Of a DNA stretch of 64,000 nucleotides, positions 58,216 through 64,000 are shown piece after piece. The notes below the pieces were generated by a model. It saw nothing but the letters and a program-made list of their open reading frames with translations. It did not search any database and was not told the origin of the DNA. Source of the stretch: Polyangiales bacterium (lineage in GTDB: Bacteria > Myxococcota_A > Polyangia > Polyangiales > Polyangiaceae); contig JBBRLQ010000019.1 in NCBI GenBank assembly GCA_038231275.1, positions 32,001 through 96,000 on the forward strand. The letters run 5' to 3'. Position 1 is the first letter of the stretch, and each line of letters opens with the position of its first letter. The translations under genes were made by a program, and so were the position numbers.

Positions 58216-59580
58216 CTACAGCGAAACGCCCAGGTGTGCGCGCAACGCAGCGCAGGCGTCACCGATCCAGAACTCCTCGAGGTCCCGCACGCGATCCTCG
58301 CCGCCCGCCTCCGCGCCCGTCACCGCCACGCACGCCACGAGATCCCCGGATAGGACGAGCCCCGCCCGGCACGCGGTCAGCTCCGCGCCGCGCGCCCAGC
58401 CACGCAGGCTCGTTCGGCCGCCGCGCTCGACGAACGCAGACACGTGGTAGCGAAGACTCGCGATGTGCTCGACCTCGAGCACCGGGAGGATCGCCGCCTT
58501 CACGAGATCGATGCGCTTGCGGACGTCGGGAGGCATCGGCAGCTCCGGAGCCCCGATGCGCAGCGCCGCGAGGAACAAATCCTCGAGGTGCCCGAGGTGC
58601 GGCACCAGCGTGCACACGAAGTGCTCGCTCCGGAACCACGACAGCGCGCGCCCCGCGTGGAACGCCAGCTGAATTGCGCTCTGACCGCGCAACATGCGCC
58701 CGCCGACACGAAGCGCGGGCGGCAGCGCAGGCACGATCACCATCCCGTCGTCGCGCTCCGGCGTGAGGTAAATCGGCGGCGCGTTCATACCGAGCGTCGC
58801 CGCCGCCCACGCGATCGCGCGCGTCGCGCTCACCGTAGACGTCGCCGGATCCTGTTTCTTCGTCGGGTCGAGGCGCTCGAGGAGCTTGTCGCGGCGGAGC
58901 GCGGTCAGCCGGCCAAGGAGGACCGCCGACGCGATGACGCCGAACACCTCGCCGACGATGACGTCCTGATCGGGATGACGAAGCAGCTCCGACCAGGCTC
59001 GGGCGTCCATCGGCTGCGCGGGGCGCAGTGGCGCGCGCGGACGATGCACGTCGTAAAGCGCGCGCTCGTCGGGTCGAGCGGCGCCGCGTCGGACCAGCAC
59101 GCCCGCGAGGCGGAATTTCTCGTCCAGCTCCGCGGCGGCGAAGCGCGCGTGAAGATCGAGGTTCGGATCGGCCGCGACGGGCGCCGCGGGCATGCGCGGC
59201 GGCGGGATCGACGCCTCGTCGCCCCCGAGCTCGGGGATGCTCGCTTGACGCGGTCGCCTCCGCGAGGACTCGACGAGCGCCTCCGGAGGACCGGTGTCGT
59301 CGGCGCTCGAGATCGCCGCGCGCGCCTCGTAGGCCGCGAGGAGCGCGCTCTCGAGGCGGTCGAGCCGTTTCTTGTCGAGCCCCAGCGCCGACGCCGCGAA
59401 GTCGAGGCGCTCCCGCTCCTCCACGCTGATAGGCCCGGAGCTGAGCGCGTCCGAGAATAGCTTCTCGTACTGCGCCTCGAAGTCGCCGGGCACGAAGCTC
59501 CCCGTGTCCTCGACCTTGTGGAAGGACGGGGCGACGCGGAACGGCTGCTCCGGCGGCGGCGGCAGGCTGCTCGAGCTCAC
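58216..59580 (-). CDS. Hypothetical protein: TerB-like N-terminus plus degenerate M48-peptidase-like C-terminus
   Basis: DALSSGPISVEERERL...ALGL. LAFHAGRAL replaces the HExxH position. ELTACRAGLVLSGDL. GTG start preceded by TAGGAT. Confidence 0.65.
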   Translation of the reverse strand: MSSSSLPPPPEQPFRVAPSFHKVEDTGSFVPGDFEAQYEKLFSDALSSGPISVEERERLDFAASALGLDKKRLDRLESALLAAYEARAAISSADDTGPPEALVESSRRRPRQASIPELGGDEASIPPPRMPAAPVAADPNLDLHARFAAAELDEKFRLAGVLVRRGAARPDERALYDVHRPRAPLRPAQPMDARAWSELLRHPDQDVIVGEVFGVIASAVLLGRLTALRRDKLLERLDPTKKQDPATSTVSATRAIAWAAATLGMNAPPIYLTPERDDGMVIVPALPPALRVGGRMLRGQSAIQLAFHAGRALSWFRSEHFVCTLVPHLGHLEDLFLAALRIGAPELPMPPDVRKRIDLVKAAILPVLEVEHIASLRYHVSAFVERGGRTSLRGWARGAELTACRAGLVLSGDLVACVAVTGAEAGGEDRVRDLEEFWIGDACAALRAHLGVSL

Positions 59581-59670
59581 GTGGCGCGATCCTACCCTCG
59601 GATGCGCCTGGGCGCCCTTTGCGCTCGAAAATGACTGGTCGGAGCGGAAAGTTCCACTATTATCAGTCGT

Positions 59671-60627
59671 ATGATAAAAAACATCCTCGTGGTCGCCGCG
59701 ATGGGGCTCGCGGCGACGTCGTGCCAGGCGCAGAGCCCGCCGCTCGAGGGTTTCCAAGGCACCGTCGAGCTCGACGAGCGCCTCCTCGCGTTCGAGGTCG
59801 CGGGGCGCGTCGTCGCGGTGCCGGTCCACCGCGGCGATGTCGTCAAGGACGGGGACCTGCTCGCGCAGGTCGACGACACCTTGGCGCGCCTCACCCGCGA
59901 CGCGCGCGCCGACGACGCGAACGCCGCGCGCGCAGATCTGGCGCTCCTCCAGGCAGGCGCGCGGACGCAGGACGTCGCAGCCCTCGCGTCCGACGTGCGC
60001 GCCGCCCGCGCGACCGAGGAGCTGCTGAAGAAGGAGGCCGCGCGCACGCAGGCGCTCCAGCAGTCCGGCGCGCTGCCGCAGGCTCAGGCCGATCGCGCCG
60101 ACTCCGATCTGGACCGCGCCGCGCAGCAGCGAAAGGCGCTCGAGCAACGCCTCGCGTCGCTCCAGTCCGGCGCGCGCCCCGAGGAGATCACGCGTGCAAA
60201 AGCGCGCGTCGAGTCCGCGGTTACCGCGCTCGCCTTCGAGGACGAGCGCCTCACGCGCTGCCTCCTTCGTACGAAAGGGGCGGGCACCGTCCTCGACGTG
60301 CACGTCGAGCCAGGCGAGCTGGCGGCGATCGGCACCCCTGCGGTCACCGTCGCCGACGTCGCGCATCCGTTCGTCGACGTGTACGTCGCGCAGGGGGAGC
60401 TCGACGGCGTTAAGGTCGGCGCCAAGGTCAGCGCGCGCGTCGACGCGACGACGACGGCCTTCCCGGGCGCGGTCGAGTTCGTCTCTCCGAGGACGGAGTT
60501 CACGCCCCGCTTCCTCTTCAGCGAGCGAGAGCGCCCGCACCTCGTCGTCCGCGTCCGCGTGCGTCTCGAGGATCCCGAGGGCAAGCTCCACGCGGGCGTC
60601 CCCGCGTTCGTACGGCTCGTCCGATGA
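59671..60627 (+). CDS. HlyD-family membrane fusion protein (lipoprotein)
   Basis: Lipoyl-like GRVVAVPVHRGDVVKDG, coiled coil with GARPEEI, EFTPR. Confidence 0.92.
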   Translation: MIKNILVVAAMGLAATSCQAQSPPLEGFQGTVELDERLLAFEVAGRVVAVPVHRGDVVKDGDLLAQVDDTLARLTRDARADDANAARADLALLQAGARTQDVAALASDVRAARATEELLKKEAARTQALQQSGALPQAQADRADSDLDRAAQQRKALEQRLASLQSGARPEEITRAKARVESAVTALAFEDERLTRCLLRTKGAGTVLDVHVEPGELAAIGTPAVTVADVAHPFVDVYVAQGELDGVKVGAKVSARVDATTTAFPGAVEFVSPRTEFTPRFLFSERERPHLVVRVRVRLEDPEGKLHAGVPAFVRLVR

Positions 60628-61604
60628 ACGACGTCCCCGAGCACATCATCGAGGCCGAGCACCTCTCGCGCACGTTCGGCAACCTCGTCGCCGTGAAGGA
60701 CGTCTCGCTCTCCGTGAAGCGCGGCGAAATTTTCGGCGTCCTCGGCCCCAACGGCGCCGGCAAATCCACGACGATCCGCATGCTCTGCGGCATCCTCGAT
60801 CCGAGCGGCGGAAAGGGGACCGTCGTGGGCTTCGACATCGCCAAGGACGCCGAGCGCATCAAGGAGCGCATCGGCTACATGACCCAGCGCTTCAGCTTGT
60901 ACGAGGATCTCACCGTTTCGGAGAACCTCACGTTCTACGCAGGAATTTACGGGGTCCCGCGCGGCGAGAAGAAGGCGCGCGTCACGGGCGTGATGGATCG
61001 CGCGGGCCTCCTCGGTCGCAAAGATCAGCTCGCCGGCACGCTGTCCGGCGGATGGAAGCAGCGCGTGGCGCTGGCGTGCTCGACGATCCATCGCCCGCCG
61101 CTCCTCTTCCTCGACGAGCCCACCGCCGGCGTCGATCCGGTGAGCCGTCGCGATTTTTGGGAGCAGATCCACCGCATCGCGTCCGAGGGGACGACGGCGC
61201 TCCTGACGACGCATTACATGGACGAAGCCGAGCGCTGCCACCGTCTCGCGTTCATCTTCCGCGGTGAGCTCCTCGACGTCGGCACGCCCGACGAGATCGT
61301 CGCGCGCCGAACGCTCCGTGTGGCCGAGCTCGACGTGGAGCGCGCCACCGACGCAGCGGCCGCGCTGCGCAAGAACCCCGCGGTCGAGGAGGTCGCGCAC
61401 TACGGGCACCTCCTCCGCATGTCTGTCCGAGCCGGCGCCGATCCGGTCGCGCTTGCGCACGCGGATCTCTCGACGGCCGGCATCGCGGTCCGCTCCGCGC
61501 GCGAGACACGGGTAACCGTCGAGGACGCCTTCGTGGCGATGGTCCGCGCTGACGACGCGGCGCAGGCCGCCCAGGCGACGAACGAGAAAGGAGCGCGCGC
61601 GTGA
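60624..61604 (+). CDS. ABC transporter ATP-binding protein
   Basis: GPNGAGKST, LSGGWKQR, LDEPTAGVD, TTHYMDEAE. Confidence 0.95.
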   Translation: MNDVPEHIIEAEHLSRTFGNLVAVKDVSLSVKRGEIFGVLGPNGAGKSTTIRMLCGILDPSGGKGTVVGFDIAKDAERIKERIGYMTQRFSLYEDLTVSENLTFYAGIYGVPRGEKKARVTGVMDRAGLLGRKDQLAGTLSGGWKQRVALACSTIHRPPLLFLDEPTAGVDPVSRRDFWEQIHRIASEGTTALLTTHYMDEAERCHRLAFIFRGELLDVGTPDEIVARRTLRVAELDVERATDAAAALRKNPAVEEVAHYGHLLRMSVRAGADPVALAHADLSTAGIAVRSARETRVTVEDAFVAMVRADDAAQAAQATNEKGARA

Positions 61605-62728
61605 AGCTCCGCCCGCTCGTCATCGCGTGGAAGGAGCTGGTCCAGCTCCGCCGCGATCGCCTCACGCTGGCGATGATGGTCGCGCTGCCGATCGTGCAGC
61701 TCCTCCTCTTCGGCTACGCGATCAACACGGATGTGCGTCACATCCGCACGGTGGTCTACGATCAGGACTCGAGCGCGGCGTCGCGCGCGTTGCCGCGTGA
61801 GCTCGAGGCGACGGGCTTCTTCGACGTCGTCGGCCACGTCCGCAGCCACGCCGAGATCGAGTCGGTCCTGCGCTCCGGCCGCGCCAGCGTCGCGCTCGTC
61901 GTGCCGCCGGACTATTCATCCGACCTCGCGAGCGGCCGCACCGCGCAGGTGCAGCTCGTCGTCGACGGCACCGATCCGCAGATCGTCGGCAGCGCCACCG
62001 ACACCGCGTCGTCGCTGGTCGCCGCGAAGGGAAGCGCGCTGCTGCTCGCGCGCCTCTCGCGTTCCGGGGTCCCCGGCGCCTCCACGCCGATCGAGCTCGT
62101 CCCCGACATCCTCTACAACCCCGATCTGCGCTCGGCGGTGAACATCGTGCCGGGCCTCATCGGCGTCATCCTCACGATGACGATGGTCATGCTGACCGCG
62201 ATGGCGATCGCCCGCGAGCGCGAGCGAGGCACGCTCGAGCAGCTCATCGTCTCGCCGGTCCGGACCATCGAGCTCATGATCGGCAAGATCCTCCCTTACG
62301 TCGCCATCGGCTACATGCAGATGGCGCTCATCCTCACGCTCGGCCATTTCGTGTTCGACGTCCCGATCACGGGCTCCATCGGCCTACTCTTCGCGCTCGC
62401 GTTCGTGTTCATCGCCGCGAACCTCGCGATCGGCCTATTTTTCTCGACCCTCGCGCAGACGCAGCAGCAGGCGATGCAGATGTCGTTCTTCTTCCTCCTG
62501 CCCAACATCCTCCTCAGCGGCTTCATGTTCCCCTTCGACGCGATGCCGCGCCCGGCGCAGTGGATGTCGTCGGCGCTGCCGCTCACGCACTTTCTCCGCA
62601 TCGTCCGCGGCATCGTACTGAAGGGGAGCCACTTCGAGGATCTGCGCGGCGAGCTCGCGTGGCTCACGGGCATCCTCGTCGCCCTCGTGTTCTTCGCGTC
62701 GCTCCGGTTCCGAAAGAAGCTGGTCTAG
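61601..62728 (+). CDS. ABC-2 type permease
   Basis: KELVQLRRD, LFGYAI, RERERGTLEQL, LLSGFMFP, PLTHF. Confidence 0.93.
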   Translation: MKLRPLVIAWKELVQLRRDRLTLAMMVALPIVQLLLFGYAINTDVRHIRTVVYDQDSSAASRALPRELEATGFFDVVGHVRSHAEIESVLRSGRASVALVVPPDYSSDLASGRTAQVQLVVDGTDPQIVGSATDTASSLVAAKGSALLLARLSRSGVPGASTPIELVPDILYNPDLRSAVNIVPGLIGVILTMTMVMLTAMAIARERERGTLEQLIVSPVRTIELMIGKILPYVAIGYMQMALILTLGHFVFDVPITGSIGLLFALAFVFIAANLAIGLFFSTLAQTQQQAMQMSFFFLLPNILLSGFMFPFDAMPRPAQWMSSALPLTHFLRIVRGIVLKGSHFEDLRGELAWLTGILVALVFFASLRFRKKLV

Positions 62729-62731
62729 ATC

Positions 62732-63382
62732 ATGGGGAGACCTCGCACCGACATCCAGCCGCGCGTCCTCGCCGCCGCGCGCGCGCGCTTCCTCGCGGAG
62801 GGGGTCGATGGCGCGTCGCTCCGCCGCATCGCCAAAGACGCAAAGACGAGCATCGGCATGGTCTTTTATTACTTCCCGACGAAGGACGACCTCTTCCAGG
62901 CCGTCGTCGAGGAGATCTACGCCGGCCTCGTTCGCGATCTCGAGGCGTGCCTCGCGCCGGGGCCCGACACGCGCGCGCGCCTCGAGCGGGCGTCGGCGCG
63001 CATCGGGAACGCCAGCCGCGAGGAGCTCGACGTGGTGCGCCTCATCGTGCACGAGGCGCTCCTCGGATCGTCCCGCTTCGAGCACATTTTCCTCCGGTTC
63101 CAGCGCGGGCACATCGCGCTCATGGCCAGCGCGCTCGGCGACGGTGTGCGTTCCGGTGAGATCGACGCCGCGCTGCCGTTGCCGCTCCTCCTGGTGTCGA
63201 CGCTCGGCCTCCTCGCGCTCCCCCAAGTCGTGAGGCGCATCGCCGGCGCGCGACCCATCTTCTCGTCGCTCCCCGATGCGGAGACCCTGGCGCACACGCT
63301 CAGCGGCCTGCTCTTTTCCGGGATCGGCGCGGTCGGGAAGCCGAAGGAGCCGAAGCGCGCCCGTCGCGATCGACGCGGCTAG
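62732..63382 (+). CDS. TetR/AcrR family transcriptional regulator
   Basis: AARARF...G...SLRRIA...S.GMVFYYFPTKDDL HTH. Confidence 0.93.
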   Translation: MGRPRTDIQPRVLAAARARFLAEGVDGASLRRIAKDAKTSIGMVFYYFPTKDDLFQAVVEEIYAGLVRDLEACLAPGPDTRARLERASARIGNASREELDVVRLIVHEALLGSSRFEHIFLRFQRGHIALMASALGDGVRSGEIDAALPLPLLLVSTLGLLALPQVVRRIAGARPIFSSLPDAETLAHTLSGLLFSGIGAVGKPKEPKRARRDRRG

Positions 63383-63444
63383 GTCAGGACGAGGCAGCCA
63401 CGAACCTGCGCGCGACGGGGTCCGCTGCTATCCTCGTGGCGCCG

Positions 63445-64000
63445 ATGGCGTCCCCCGACCCCGAACCCACCCTCGTCGCCGGCGACACGCTCGCCGGACG
63501 CTACCGCCTCGTGCGGCTGCTGGGCGAAGGCGGCATGGGCTACGTGTGGGAGGCGCGCCAGCTCACGACCGACAAAGCGGTCGCCATCAAAGTGCTCAAG
63601 AGCCAGGAAGGCGCGGACACCGCTCGCTTCCTGCGCGAGGCGAAGGTCGCCGCGGGTCTGTCGCATCGCAACATCATCCAGGTCTTCGATTTCTGGGAGG
63701 TCGAGGGCAAGGGCCCCGTCTTCATGGTGATGGAGCTGCTGCACGGCGAGACGTTGGCGGAGCTCCTCGAGCGCGTCGGAAGGCTCGCGCAAGAGCACGT
63801 GCTCACGCTGGTCCTCCCCGTGGCGTCGGCGGTGCGCGCCGCGAACGCGCGCGGCGTCGTGCACCGCGATCTGAAGCCCGACAACGTGTTCCTCGCGCGC
63901 GTCGCCGACGTCGATACGCCCGAGGTGAAGGTCGTCGACTTCGGTCTCGCCAAGCCGTTCGTCAACAGCGGCGCGACCGCCCTCACGCAAACCGGCTCGG
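63445..64000 (+). CDS. Hanks-type Ser/Thr kinase (3'-truncated; absent from the ORF track)
   Basis: Manual translation: MASPDPEPTLVAGDTLAGRYRLVRLLGEGGMGYVW..VAIKVL..HRDLKPDNVF..DFGLAK. Confidence 0.93.
   Translation, partial: MASPDPEPTLVAGDTLAGRYRLVRLLGEGGMGYVWEARQLTTDKAVAIKVLKSQEGADTARFLREAKVAAGLSHRNIIQVFDFWEVEGKGPVFMVMELLHGETLAELLERVGRLAQEHVLTLVLPVASAVRAANARGVVHRDLKPDNVFLARVADVDTPEVKVVDFGLAKPFVNSGATALTQTGS

Noticed and set aside
7376..60591. Track ORFs with long N-terminal extensions (7376-9628, 27413-29800, 22038-23987, 49618-52248, 58216-60591)
   Set aside because: The extensions overlap other real genes in another frame or strand. Starts were trimmed to where recognisable protein begins.
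63379..63990. Minus-strand ORFs at the window end
   Set aside because: They are antisense to a clear plus-strand kinase starting at 63445, which the track omitted because it has no stop in the window.

Overview
This is a very GC-rich, gene-dense bacterial window. Its content (four Hanks-type Ser/Thr kinases, an FHA-sigma54 activator, many Cys-rich lipoproteins, PrkA/YeaH/SpoVR) points to Myxococcota, probably Polyangiaceae-like; that assignment is inference. About 57 CDSs are supported. Housekeeping genes include mtnA, lipA, pdhABC, tatD, a cold-shock protein, oppDF-type ATPases, a MATE transporter and an HlyD/ABC/TetR efflux cluster. I saw no tRNA, rRNA, CRISPR array, transposase or integrase. 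The best candidate for an undescribed system is 31.9-40.1 kb. There, a long intergenic region with AT-rich islands precedes a tightly coupled pair of ~1170-aa lipoproteins (an unrecognised Cys-rich protein and a metzincin). A hairpin and a small lipoprotein with a knottin-pattern C-terminus follow. Other notable signals: a sigma54 promoter/FHA-activator/kinase module upstream of an NlpC/P60 lipoprotein; recurrent -10 boxes 6-10 nt before start codons (apparently leaderless genes, including two probable bidirectional promoters); a membrane-tethered ECF sigma factor; a GNL-repeat micro-lipoprotein; an exported ARPP-1/DUF6569-like protein; and a perfect 32-bp inverted repeat. All family calls come from motif recognition by eye, not from database searches.
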